This document shows positions 29,123 to 42,405 of a DNA stretch of 64,000 bases, in pieces. Both the position numbers and the translations under genes were made by a program. Within the stretch, counting starts at the first letter, position 1. Every line of letters begins with the position of its first letter. The stretch covers positions 8,124,001-8,188,000 of the forward strand of contig NC_045698.1 in NCBI RefSeq assembly GCF_009834535.1, given 5' to 3'. Below the pieces are notes generated by a model. That model did not search any database, had not been told where the DNA came from, and worked only from the letters and a program-made list of their open reading frames with translations. The DNA is from Camelus ferus. Lineage: Eukaryota.

Positions 29123-29751
29123 TCAATAGTGAAAGTCACCGCCTATCCCGTCTTCACACTTCTTAGTTATCAATGACAAATCTCCAAAATCACAACCCTG
29201 AAAACGCAAAAGCTATTTTTCAGTCTTGACTTTAACTGTGCTTTCAATTAACAAACCAGGTGGCTCCGAACTTGACGACGCCTGGAACGGTATCAAGCAC
29301 ACAGACTTAGGTATGGAATCCAGAAGCTCCAAAATTCCCGATCTCTCACAAACGTTAGAATCTGTCCCCACACTTCTCCTGGGCCAAAGTTTGCTAATTT
29401 CTAAATAGGGCCAACGATCTGATGCAACCCAAGTATTTATGCAGAGTGACAGAATAATTTTAAACTCAAAAACTGCCAGCAGCAATTTGCATGAAAAAAA
29501 AAACTTTGAATATTTAAAAGTATGCATTTCAAACAAAGTAATTCCAACACCAAAAGTGCTCACTGTAGCTCAAAAATTAAGACCCTTCAATGGCACGTTG
29601 ATTTTTTTTTTCCCCCACCAGGTAGCCAAAATGAAATACTGGTCAGAGAATTTGAGGAACAGATGGAAATGAGGAGAGACAAGAAAACACGTGGGATTGT
29701 GCTGATCAACTGAAGTTCTCTCGTTTCTGGCCAAAGCTTCCCTCCTCCTAA

Positions 29752-29777
29752 ACACACACACACACACACACACACAC
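29752..29777. repeat. (AC)13 microsatellite
   Basis: Read directly from the sequence. Confidence 0.95.
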
Positions 29778-31299
29778 GCCACATCATATCCTCAGAAACA
29801 TTATTCCAGATATTAGAGTAAAAGCGATTTTCACAACATTTTCACTTGTAAAGCTCTTCCTAATCCAATGATATAAGGAGCTGCCAGGCTCTTTCCCTGC
29901 CTCACTCATACTCCCCCAACCTCCCCACCAGACCCACACTCCCTATTTTCACTAAAGTGATGCTGTGGCACGTATACAAGTGTATCACGTGTGACCCCTG
30001 GGAGAAAGAGCTAGGAGCTAGGACTCCTGGTTTCTTTCCCCAGGTCTGTGCAGGAAACGGAACGGCCTTTGGCAAGTCACCCAGACTCTCTGTGACTCAG
30101 TTTCCTTTTCTCTCAGGTGGCTGGGAAGGTGTCAGGCTTGAGCCTGCCACTAGCTGAGTTGCCAGGATCTAGTAACTTAGTTTACAAACTTCTATAACAA
30201 AGCTACAGAAACAAAGTTGCCAAGTATGTGTCCCGGCCCCTTCTTCCAACCAGATTGTTACTCCTGAGTCCCTACGTAATAGCTATATTAATACTGTCCT
30301 TGGGTTAGCACCAATGGCTGTCCGTTCCACAATTCTATTAAAGAGAGGGGAGGAGTGAGTGAGAGTAAACACACCAGCATAATTTGGGGGCAGCAGAATT
30401 CCAGCCTGCATCCTGTCACACCAGGCCAGTCCACACGGGCAATTACTGTGCTGAATTTAAAAAGCCCTTGGACACCTGCCTCCCGTATGCAACAAGTTCC
30501 TTTTTTCACCCTATTTATCTCCACAGTCATCTATCTGTGTCACGAAGGGAACCATATGAGTGCAGCATCTGTTACTAGACTGACACAATTACCAAATACT
30601 TTCATAAGAGGGAAAAAAATAATCAACAGTAAGTCCAGATTCGCTGTCAGGTGTTTTAGGAGACAAAACATCAGTCTTTCAATCACAGTGTCTCGTTTAA
30701 GCTGAACATATGGTGCCACCAGCAGAGAATCACCAGCTCAGCTCGGTCTTTGACGGGCATAATGACCACAGAAATGTCATCTTCTCTGAATTGGCAGAGA
30801 AAAGCAGGCTTCTTACAGCCCCATTCCAACCCCTGGGTCCCCATAATAAGCAGGCAACAAACTCAAGAGGCTTTCTCATTGGTTCCTTTTCCCCCATTGT
30901 TGGAATCTACGTAAATTCAATGACAGGTAGGGGAGCGTCCTTTACTTCTCAGACTTAGACAAAATATCATAAATTCAAGCCACAATGAAGTAAAAATTCA
31001 AGGCAATTTTTCATCATTGGTTACTTTTCCATTCCTATTAAAACTTATGTAAATTGAACGCCTGCTTTGGGAACACGCCGTATTTTTTTCTACACCTAAA
31101 TGTAGATAACTATCCGTGATCATAGAAATACTGTGCTATTTATTCTCTTCGCTCTTTTTTCTGGATACAATCAACAGGTCTGTGTGATTCTTTATTCAAT
31201 TGGACTTAAAGGATGGATGTCTTAGTTTTCAGATGGAGGGGAGGGAGAGAGAGAGAGGGAGAAAGAAACACTAGAGTTTGAGAGATTGCAGTACTTCCG

Positions 31300-32500
<1,201 letters not shown>

Positions 32501-33538
32501 ATTGGATACAGTTTCTGCCTCTGACATTGGCTAAGATGCATACTTATCTGGAGAACATAAGAAAGAAACATACTTCGTGGAGTTTATTCTGTAGCTATTG
32601 CCCCGTTGATTCTTCTTTGTGGATGAGAAAAGTTAAAAGGAGGGAAAAAATATCAAGTCGGAAGAAATACGCTGGGTCTTTCAGTATTTAGAAAAAGCAT
32701 TTCCAGAGGAGGCAGAGCAACTGTAAATGAAAGGCTTCCCTTTTCTAGATTTACCGCTGGCCTCCAAGTCTTTCAGCCTCTCTCTCTCTAGCTCGCTTTT
32801 AAGAGCCCCCTGCAGCTGTGTCTTCAAACTGAAAGCCAGTTGCCTCTCATTTATTTACAAGAACACAAAAGACAACAAGGGCTGGGGTGGAGCCAGAGAG
32901 ACAGTTGGAGGGGAAAGCACTCTCCTTGAATCTGGTCCAGAGACAAATCTGCATTCGAATGAAAACACTGCATTGTCAACCACTTCTGTGCAGGAGGTCT
33001 GGGATCTTCCAGGCTTTCCCGGAGGAGCAGAAAAGTTTTTGAGAACAGGCTGGTGTGAAAAGGGGGTAAGATTGTACACAGAAAAAGGGAGAAGCTGGGG
33101 AAGACAGGTTTTGAAATGAGGGGTGGGAACTGGGTAGGGTGGAGGAAACGGGTGAGCCAGAGGGAAGGGGGAGAGAGAGAGACCGAAACAGATGTTCTCT
33201 ATTAAAAGTTTCACTTATGCCTCTCCACCCGTTCTGGAACGGCAATTGGCAAATGACAGACTGGGCACTTTCAGCAACGTGCACGCAGCATTCCAAAGTT
33301 TATCTGGAATGTTAGGTTCGTGTGACCACCTGAGGGAGTTAATTGAACAACATCAAAATCCTCTGTGAAGAGCAGTCTGGATGGAGAGGGAGATACATTG
33401 TCTGCTGAAAGACGTTCTGTATGAGGTGTGTGTTTATGTATGATGTATATATTTCATATTTTTGTAAATGTGGGTGTATGTGTGTGTATATATATATATA
33501 TAATACACATACATATATATGTATTTTTATCCATCCAC

Positions 33539-33988
33539 TGACAAAGATTCTCTTTCACCAAGCTCTAGTCGGGCTCCTCTGAACTCTCTTCTCAACAAGG
33601 CTGTGCATTGTCCAGTTTTAGCAAGAATCCTGCTAAGTCCGTTTAGCCAGCACCCCCCCCCCCCCACTCTCAATGTCTGATCGCCCTCCATGTCTGTTCT
33701 AGTTCCTCACCCTTCACCAGCCCCCAGGTGACATGTCATCACTCCAGCCTGTCTTCAGCAAGAATCCCGTTAGAATCCTCTTTCCATGATGTTTCCTCTT
33801 AGTAATCTTTCAACCGCCGACCCCCAACCTATTCCTTGGCCGTATATTCCCACTTTTCCTCACTGTATTCTATACCATTCTATACCGACATTTCTCCTCC
33901 CCTATTGCAATAGTTCTTTTTTTTTTTTTCTAAATAAAATCTGTATTCGTTGCTTTAACTGCTGTCCAGTTCTGGTTTTTCTTTAGCA
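33539..33988 (+). mobile_element. ERV1-class solo LTR (MER31-like)
   Basis: TG...CA termini (tgacaaagattctct ... ctttagca), AATAAA at 33933, and flanking 4-bp near-duplication ccac/tcac. Family name from recall. Confidence 0.8.
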
Positions 33989-34457
33989 TCACAAAGCAAT
34001 TATTTTGAGTTCAACAGTAGGAGTGAAAGTAAAATGTAAGCTCCACGATTCTATTCAGTGGTATGTCTCCAGCACCTAGAGGAAGGAGTGTTCACAGCAG
34101 AGCTACCACGATCGTTTGTGGGATTGTTAGAGCAGGCAGGTAGCTAGACATGAGCAGAGAAAGAGGGACATGGGCCAAACGGCAGAAAACCATACATCTT
34201 GTGAACAGCAGGGGTCCTTGGACAGACCAAGAAGAACAGGATCCTTGGGACTGATAAGAAACCAAACACTCTGGGTTGACAAGTGTCCTGGAGGCAAAAC
34301 AGGTGGGACAAGACAGGAATCCCCACCATCTGAATGTAACCTTTCGATCATTATGACCTCATCTGAATGTAACTTTCACTTATGATGCCCCTCACCTGAA
34401 TGTAACCTTTTGTTCATCATGACCTCATCTAACTCCCTGGTCAAGACTAAATGAGGA

Positions 34458-34640
34458 GGGGGGAGGGTATAGCTCAAGAGGTAGAGCAGATGCCTAGCAT
34501 ACACAAGGTCCTGGGTTCAATCTCCAGTACCTCTATTAAAAAACAAAACAAAACAAAAACTAGTAATAAATAGATCTAATGACCACCCCCGGAAAGAAAC
34601 AAAAAGAATTTTTTTTAGTATTTTTAAAAGTCTGAAAAAA
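34458..34640 (+). mobile_element. tRNA-derived camelid-type SINE (Vic-1-like), copy A
   Basis: ggggagggtatagctcaagaggtagagc...ggtcctgggttcaatctccagtacctc with Pol III A and B boxes and an A-rich tail. Confidence 0.88.
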
Positions 34641-34643
34641 AAA

Positions 34644-34801
34644 GAGGGAGGATATAACTCAGTGGAAGAGTGCGTGCTTAGCATGCATGAGGTCCTGAGT
34701 TCAATCCCCAGTACCTCCATCAAAAAAAAAAAAATACATAAACCTAATTACCTCCCTCCAAAGCAAAAGCACATAAAGAAAAACAAAAATATATTTTTAA
34801 A
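34644..34801 (+). mobile_element. tRNA-derived camelid-type SINE (Vic-1-like), copy B
   Basis: gggaggatataactcagtggaagagtgcgtgcttagcatgcatgaggtcctgagttcaatccccagtacctcc...aaacctaattacctcc with an A-rich tail. Confidence 0.88.
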
Positions 34802-35309
34802 AAGACTAAACAAGGACAAGGAATCCCTCTTCCCCAGCTGGGAAGGTGGAGCTGGGATGAAGATCAGGGAAGAGGACCCCAAACCCCTCCCTGCCAATGA
34901 ATATTCTGCCCATTCATTTTTACATCCATATAACTAGCTTGCCAAAGAAGCTCAGGGCAGCAAACCACCTGGGTCTGCCTGCCTTCCCTTGACAGGGTAC
35001 TATCTATTCCTTAATAAATCCTTGCTTCACTTTCTTGACCTCCGTGTCTTGTTTCTGAATTGTTTCTGCGACAAGACAAGAACCTTCTTGCTGACAACAG
35101 AATGAATGAAGGAATGGTTAGTACAGCTGATGCCCAAGGCTGTGGCATGAGGGCCTCCACGTAGGGAGGCTGGTGGAGAAGCTCTGCAGAGCTGGCGTGC
35201 TCACTCTGGACCCCAGAGACACAGTCCAGCATCATCCAGAGTCATGGGGGCGCTGCCTGGGTCCAGCTTTGCTTCTCTCCTAGTAGAAGTTCTGAGCTTC
35301 AGATATACA

Positions 35310-35760
35310 GACTGAGCTTCTCAAGACCTAACCACGTATTATAATTGCCAGGGGAGCTTTTGGAAAACAACTCAGTACCCAGGCAGTATCCACCAGCTGT
35401 TTATTTCAGAATCTCCAGAGGTGGGACTCAAACATCAGGCTTTTGGGAAGTTCACAAAGTAGTCCCAATGTACAACCAAAGATGAGAACAAGTCATTCCC
35501 AGAGCAAGGGTTGTTTTCCAAGCGTGGTCCCCACGCCAGCAGCCAGCATCACAATCAGTATTGGCATCACCCCACCTTCCCTAAGTGGGAAACTCTGGGG
35601 GAGGGGCCCCCGGGATCAGCTTCAACAAGTTCTCATTAAGTTTGCAAGCCTCTGATGTAGAGGAGATTCTGATTCGGGGCTCTGGAGTGGACCTGAGAGC
35701 CTGCATTTCTAGCAACCTTCCAGGGGAGGGAGATGCCGCTGGCCTGAGAACTACCACTAA
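35310..35760. mobile_element. Cluster of MER5-type hAT-Charlie fragments
   Basis: cttctcaa...tcagaatctccagaggtggg, ttccaagcgtggtcccc...cagcagc...catcac and tgcatttctagcaaccttccagggga are MER5A/B-like segments. Confidence 0.65.
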
Positions 35761-36437
35761 GCTGCAGAGAGTGACTGTCTTTCCTTACTTTTCTCTGGAA
35801 GCTCTCCTGGGGCCTGAGCAGCGACACTCTCGGCACTCAGCTATGCAGAACCCAGCTGGCTAGTAACAGAAAAGCCTCCAACAGGAATTTCTGTGAGCGA
35901 TTCCCACAGGGTCATGAGAAGGAAAAAGAACCCCAGAGGGTCGACTGAGAGTCCCTTGCTTACAAAGAACAAATACTTTTTGTTATGTCTTGGATATATA
36001 ACATGACATTACAGATCCTATTAGCAAGTAGCATAGTTTTTAATAAAATAAATACTACAGTATACCACTAGAAATTAAAATGCTACATAGCATTCTAGTA
36101 TTGAAGTATTAGAATAAAGTGGATTCTAGGGAAACCTTAAATAAACCTTGCAAACACTTTATTTTCCTTTTAATACGTTGAAACTTCCAGCTGCAGAAGT
36201 GCTAACTCTGTTGAGTATTATTCATAAGGTTTCTTAAAGGGTCCTCCCAAATCTGTAAAAGTTTTGAGAACTGCCACACTAATTCCAGGTATTCTGACAG
36301 GCTACAGCTGCCAGTTCAAAAACTTTTTAAAAATATTATAGGATCTTGGTGAAATTTTGCCAGTAACTTTTTTACACGAAAAAGAGAAAAACATAAACGA
36401 TAAAATTTTATAGGCTTTTTAAGATGGGTATTGTCTA

Positions 36438-36581
36438 TGCTGGAAATGTTCTATATCTACACTGTCCAATACGGTAGCCACTAGACACATGGGCCCTAGA
36501 TATATGCACTGGATTTTAACACGTTTAATTTGAATTTAAATAGCCAAACGTGTCTCGTGGCTACCTTGCTGGACTGTGCAG
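36438..36581 (+). mobile_element. MER3 hAT-Charlie element (partial)
   Basis: tggaaatgttctatatctacactgtccaatacggtagccactagacacatg ... tttaaatagcc...gtggctacc...tggactgtgcag follows the MER3 consensus as recalled, including its internal inverted repeats. Confidence 0.8.
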
Positions 36582-39500
36582 TTATATAAGCCTTTCTGCA
36601 GTTTTTAATAAATAATCCAGGGGTATTATACTCCATTCCAATAGCCTCCACGATAAGAAGTGCCTAAGAACGGTTCTCTGGCTAAATAGAAAAATCTGTG
36701 TTTTTTGCATCAGTTAGACAAAAGCAGTCATCTTTTGGGAGCTTGTTTCCTCTCTTGGGTGTATATTTTGTTCCATTATGTAACTTCATTTAGCAGCAAC
36801 TGGTGAGGAATACAAGTCAAGCCTGCTGCACAACTCATGAGGTGGTTTATGACTACCTAGGTCATCGGATTAAAAACAATATAAGCAAAATTGAACACAC
36901 AGAGAATTTCATCCACTTTACTGTCATGGAAGCTCAATTCCGCCGTAAAAGTATGGTGGCACTATAAATAAAACTGTAAATCCAATTTTAAAGTTGAAGT
37001 TCCAAAACTTCACGTTTTTAACTCATAATTACTACGTCCTTCTTCCCTAGGGATATTTGGAAATGTGTGTGCACAAGCAATGGGAATTGAAATCACTTTA
37101 TTGATACTGAGACCCTCAAAAATGGTGATATAAAATTTTGTAGAAATATTTGGAGATAATTGAGCCCCAATACTGTCCTGGATCACACGTGGCTAATGAC
37201 CAGGATAATTCTTGTTGGTATCTTCATTCCCTGCTCTTTGAATCGGTCTCAACCCAAAGGATTACTTTCTTTCCCATCCTGCCAAAACGCGGCACCTGTC
37301 TATGTGAAATCGCCAAGGAAGCAGGACATTGTTAAGTAGACGGTCTGATTAAATAGTTTCCAATAGGCAGAGTTCGGTGCACATTACATGTCATCCCTTC
37401 TTGCTTCCAACTATGGGAAAGCCATCAAGAGACAAATAAAACATTACTTCTAATTCCTACAGACACTTTATGGAGATTATGTCTCATGCGAAAAAAGAAA
37501 ATGTGGGGTTTTGTTAATGAGACATGAATAATACATGTAATTTACCAAAGATCTTATAAATTAAATATTTCATCTGCATTATAATTTACATACAAGTTTC
37601 ACGTGGGCCCAATTTGGGATATACTATGGTTGTGATTTTCATATTATATGTCCACGTGTATTTGTTGCATGTGTATACTTGGTACACTGACGCCTTCTGT
37701 GTAACTACGGAGTGAATTTACACCTATTTTATAGAAGTGTTTAAGGGGAGAATATATTTTCAAGCTGTAGTAGAAAGAACATTGAGATGGGAATTTAGGC
37801 AATATAGACATCGTGTCCATTAACTTAGAGTAGTCAAGCTTTAGGCTTTAATTCGCTCATTAACTCAATAAACCACTAACAAGAGCCTACTGTATTGCGG
37901 GAGTTTGTTCTGAAAGTCTGTCTGCAATCCTCTCACGTGAAGTGTTTTATCTTGACATTACTTTGGAAATCTAAAGTTGCTGTGTTTTTGTTGTTCACAG
38001 AATACTATCTGGCTCACAACCATGGCATTGTTTTTTTATTGGGAAGTTCCAGTCCCTGAAAATACGGCGCTCTTGGACCAGGACACGGCATAGGCCTTAA
38101 TACTGAGCATCGCTGTTTCTTGCTCATTTCAGGTTGTATCTTCTGCAAAGGAGGGAGAGATGGCATAAGTTTGATAAGGGGGAAAAAAATTCCCAAACTT
38201 GGAAACTTTCTTAAGCCTCATTCCTTGGGGATTTGGCAGTTTGCAAAAAAAAAAAAACCAAAAAACAAAAAACAAAAAAACCAGGACAAAACCCCAACGC
38301 TTACAGCCGGTTAACAAGGGACTTGACAGCCTGAACTCTCTGAAGAATCTTGACTTCAAATCACGAGTAAGGAGTGTCACTGAGCAAAACCAAATTTTTT
38401 TAAAACAGGTCCATGATTTACAGGCAGTCCTTGTGAGGATGCATTTAGACCTGCCAAGTTTCCTGGAATTGTCAGCAAGGCCCCCAGTGCTGGGTCAGGA
38501 GGGATATTTGTCCAGAATGCTGGGCAGCTGGGCCGACGATGTCAGGAATGGGGAACTGGAGCCTCTGTTTTGTGGCTTCCCAGACAGGAGCCCGATGACC
38601 TGGGATCAGCATTCTACTCCCCCCGCAGCTGCATTCAGCACTCGCGTTTCACTGGGCTTGCCTTTGGACCTGTGAACCTCGTGGTTTCTCCCCTTGGCCC
38701 GTAAGCCTGGTTGTGGTGACTAAGGGCACTGCTGGGAGTCATGCTCTTGGGCAAGAGCAGTGTCACAAGAGGCAGAGCTGGGAAGTACACATGAAAGGAA
38801 GGCAGAGGCATCAGAGCCGGGGTCACAGAAGAGCCAAACACCCGAACGCGGCGTTGGATTTGGTGGGAAGCAGTTGGCTGGTGTTTGCAATTGCAGAGAA
38901 AATTAAGTGGTGAGAAAACACAAGCAACGGTTGAAGAACATTCTTTGGATGAGTTAAGCCTGAATAACTTTTGGGGGAAAAAAAAATCGAAAAACAAAAA
39001 CAGGACATGGCTTAAAGATGACATCTTTGAAGAAATCCATTTCTGAACCCGAGCGATCTGGTCACGTGATTTAGTAACATCGCCTACGTGCGGCTGATGA
39101 AAATGTCTGAGAATGTGCTGAATTTCCCAGGGGCAGTGTGCACAGGGCTCTAGGCTTGAACAGGGAGATGGACAAAGCCATGTATTCTCACAACTTGGAA
39201 GCAAGAGGGAAGCAGCAGTTCCAAAATGCAAAAGTCTTATTTTGGTATTATATGACGTGTCCCCGTCATACGATGCAATTACGATGAAGCTGCGCCCTCC
39301 AAAGTCAGTCTGGTGCCCCTGTACTCCCTGGGGTGAAATTAATTTGCTTGAACACAACTACCATGGCTTCCCAAATCTGGATCATTGCTCTTTGACACCG
39401 TCTTCAGAAGAAAGGCCACTCTCTAAAATAATTCTCCAGATAGAAAATCCTAGTGCTATGAGAAAGGCTTAATTTCAGGGATAGCCAAATAAAATCATCA

Positions 39501-41689
39501 AATGCCTTGTCGAGCCATTCCTTGGAGGAGTGCTGGTTTGGGTGAAAACAGATATGGAACATAAAATGAAGAGACAGCATCTGGGCCCAGCTCCCCCTGG
39601 GATCCCTGAAGTCATCACCACAGAGATCAGGTAACGAAAGGAAGGCTGGGTTTACCCAGTGGTGATGTCAGACTAACATGGGAAAGTGGTACCTAGACCC
39701 AATTAAACTCAAGTAATTGAAAAACTAAGGCACTTGAAGAAAAAAAAAAAAAATTCCTGCCCCAGATGAGAACACCTCAATTAAAAGGACCAGATGAGCT
39801 ATAATTTTTGAGATAATCACGGAGACCATCCTCACTGCTTTCTCTTTGCCTAAGGGTCTCAAAACTAAGGGGAGAGGGAAGGAGGAAGGGGACAGACAGA
39901 GAGACAGAGAGAGAAGGCGATGGAGAGAGAGATCTTGCAAACCACGCTGTCCCTGTCACTGCAGGCAGCCAGAAGGAGGTGGTGGCGGTCCACTTCCCAG
40001 GGCCTCTAAGCCACCAGTATAAACAAGACACTGCAAACTTCTGCACCCTGGGTACTGGCTGTTCCTTCCCTCTGACCTCCCTATGATTAAAGCATGTTTA
40101 AGGTCATTATCAGTAACTGTTCTCAAAAGAATTTCATGTGACCATTTCTATGGCATATCAGAGGAAAGGAAATAGAGAAGAAAAAAACAATAACTGAAGT
40201 GTCTGATTTAAATTTATCCCACAAAGGGATTTCTTGATGGCAACTCTTTCTAAAACGACACGAGCGTTGGCCAAAATAGGCCACATAAAACTTTTATTTC
40301 AGGAAGAGGCTCATTTAGTATAATTTTAATAAGCCAAACATCTGCTTAAAAGAAGAAATGTTACTGTAAAACACGTACACACCCTCTCTGCGATGAGAAA
40401 AGTTTCAGTTATTGAAGCCAGATTAAATATATTTATACTGGAAAAAGAAAATGGAGGAAGAAGATTTTAAAGCAGAGCAACAAGAAGGGATTTCCAACAG
40501 GTAATCATCTGAAAGCGATCTTAAAAACAAGTAGACTGCCGGCTTCCCACAGACATGTCAGAGAGGGTACACAGAATGACATGACTTCTCCTCTACATGC
40601 AGCATAATGAAGACATTCTACACTAAACACGTCTCAGCAATTTGGGGTTTTGCAAGCTTTTAAGTGATTTTTCTCTTTACAGGTGCTACCAAGCAACGGT
40701 TTCTTTCATAATTCAGCAAACTGGAGTGAGGTCACACGAGTTGTCTCCATCACGTTTCCATTCGATAATCAATAAGCAGGTATGTTTACTGGGGGATTAG
40801 CTCTTCCTCTGAACCCTGTATGTCTTGGTGTCCTTCCCACCACCAAACACAGAGTTCCCCATCCCTTTGACCTTGACATCTACCTGATGAGAAAGTGCAG
40901 CAATAAGCCACATTCCAAACTCAAAACACACATCGGCCTCTGGCAGAAGGGAGCAGATGGTGTATTTATCATTATTATATGGCACAAATGAGGACTTTTA
41001 AGACATAAACATCAGTGCAACATTAGACAGGCCAGCTCAAAAAGACGTGGCGATTTGCTTCTTGAAAAGCTCATTGCTTTTTTAGAGTGTCCACTATTGT
41101 TCAAGTTTTATTTTCCAGAACTATCATGCAATTCTTAATTTCCTGCAGTAAGCAGGCACTTCCCCAGGATTATGAATACGCCCAGGCTTACTTCAGTTCA
41201 GCAGGAGAACATAAAAGGGGTTTTAAAATCTTTAGGTTCCTGCACTCCTTTGCCAGGGTTCTGTGTACAGATGTAGACGCTCATATTTCTTGCAAATTTT
41301 GTCTCCTTGAGGAATGGAAGACTTGATGAGACGAGTTTGTGTTTGGACATGGGGAGAAACCAACATTTTTAGAGTGACTCTTCTGTGCCAGAAGTTTTAT
41401 ATTCAGCATTTCATATAATCCATAGGAAATTGGATGCGAGTGGAAGCTGACGAAACCTGGAGAAGACCCAGCTTCTCCATCCTCACCACCCACAGTCTCT
41501 GCGGTGTGATTATAAAGGAGAGGCTGGGGCGTGAGGAACGTGAGGAACACTTGCTGAACCCTGGGCCAGTCACTCGAAAGATGGAGATGAATTTCATATG
41601 GTTTCCACTCCTGTGACAAGGCCATCTCATAGGAAGAAACAGACTCGTCAGCCACTTACGACAGGGGGTTGTATGTGGTGTGAGAGAGT

Positions 41690-42405
41690 GATGCTTTCAA
41701 CAGTAAGTCATGGCCGGGTTGTGCCTCTGCTCAAAATTCTCTGCCAGATCCTCAATCCACTCCAAGCCAAAGACAAGATCCTCACAGCAGTCCACCGGGT
41801 CTCCCGTCCACTTGCAAACTCCTGCTCCCCACTCTGCCTACCTGAGCCTCCTTGACGTCCTGCCAACATGCCCGGCCACCTCATCGAGGAGCCACTGCCT
41901 CTGCTGTCCCCTAGACAGCCCCTCTTCTCCTCCATGCCTTTGCCTAAGCATCATGGCACCTGCTCCACAAGCCCCATGTGCCACCAGCCCCCGCCCCCAA
42001 GAACTCTGGATCCTGCTTTTCCTGTGCACTCATTTCCCCTTCCCGGAATTCACCACCTTCTAACAAATTATACAATTTACCTATTCACTCTGTTGATTTT
42101 CATTTTCTTTTTTTTTTTCCTGATTTTTAATTTTTGTTTTTTGGGGTGGAGGGGAGATAATTAGGTTTATTGATTTATTTATTTTAATGGAGGTGCTGGG
42201 GGGTGAACCCAGGACCTTGTGCGTGCTGAGCACGCGCCCTGCCCGTTGAGCCTCCCCCTCGTGCTGATTTTCTGAGTCCCCATCACTGCAGCTAGAATAT
42301 ACATTCTTTGAGGACAGGGATCATTCATGTCTGTTCTCTTTCCTTCTCCAGCCCAAGCACGTGTAACAGCTCATGGCAGACCAGGAGCACGGAATAACAT
42401 CTTGA
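41690..42405 (+). mobile_element. L2 LINE 3' fragment interrupted by a SINE
   Basis: cctctgctcaaaattctc...aagatcctcac and ctagaatat...ctttgaggacaggga...ctccagcccaagcac are L2 3' segments lying on both sides of SINE copy C. Confidence 0.6.
42102..42260 (-). mobile_element. tRNA-derived camelid-type SINE (Vic-1-like), copy C
   Basis: Reverse complement gagggggaggctcaacgggcagggcgcgtgctcagcacgcacaaggtcctgggttcaccccccagcacctccattaaaataaataaatcaataaacctaatt. Probable TSD tgttgattttc / tgctgattttc. Confidence 0.85.

Larger units (their letters stand above)
34125..35099 (+). mobile_element. ERV1-class solo LTR (MER50-like) interrupted by two SINEs
   Basis: TG...CA termini (tgttagagcaggcaggtagctagacatgagcag ... 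ctgacaaca), AATAAA at 35013, 4-bp near-duplication ggat/gaat, and an internal 33-bp tandem repeat. Family name from recall. Confidence 0.78.

Noticed and set aside
34327..34433. Regularly spaced 14-bp repeats with 33-bp period, superficially CRISPR-like
   Set aside because: The intervening segments are similar to each other, the array lies inside a mammalian LTR, and there are no cas genes. It is an ordinary tandem repeat.
34458..34735. tRNA-like sequences with A and B boxes
   Set aside because: They are SINE heads with A-rich tails and target-site duplications, not intact tRNA genes.
38635..39357. 240-aa minus-strand ORF
   Set aside because: Non-ATG start, runs through a poly-T tract, has no recognisable protein features and no place in the delta-catenin sequence, which is already continuous across the five exons.
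39946..39964. Possible REST/RE1 site (minus strand tgcagtgacagggacagcg)
   Set aside because: The left half has about four mismatches to TTCAGCACC, so only a half-site matches.
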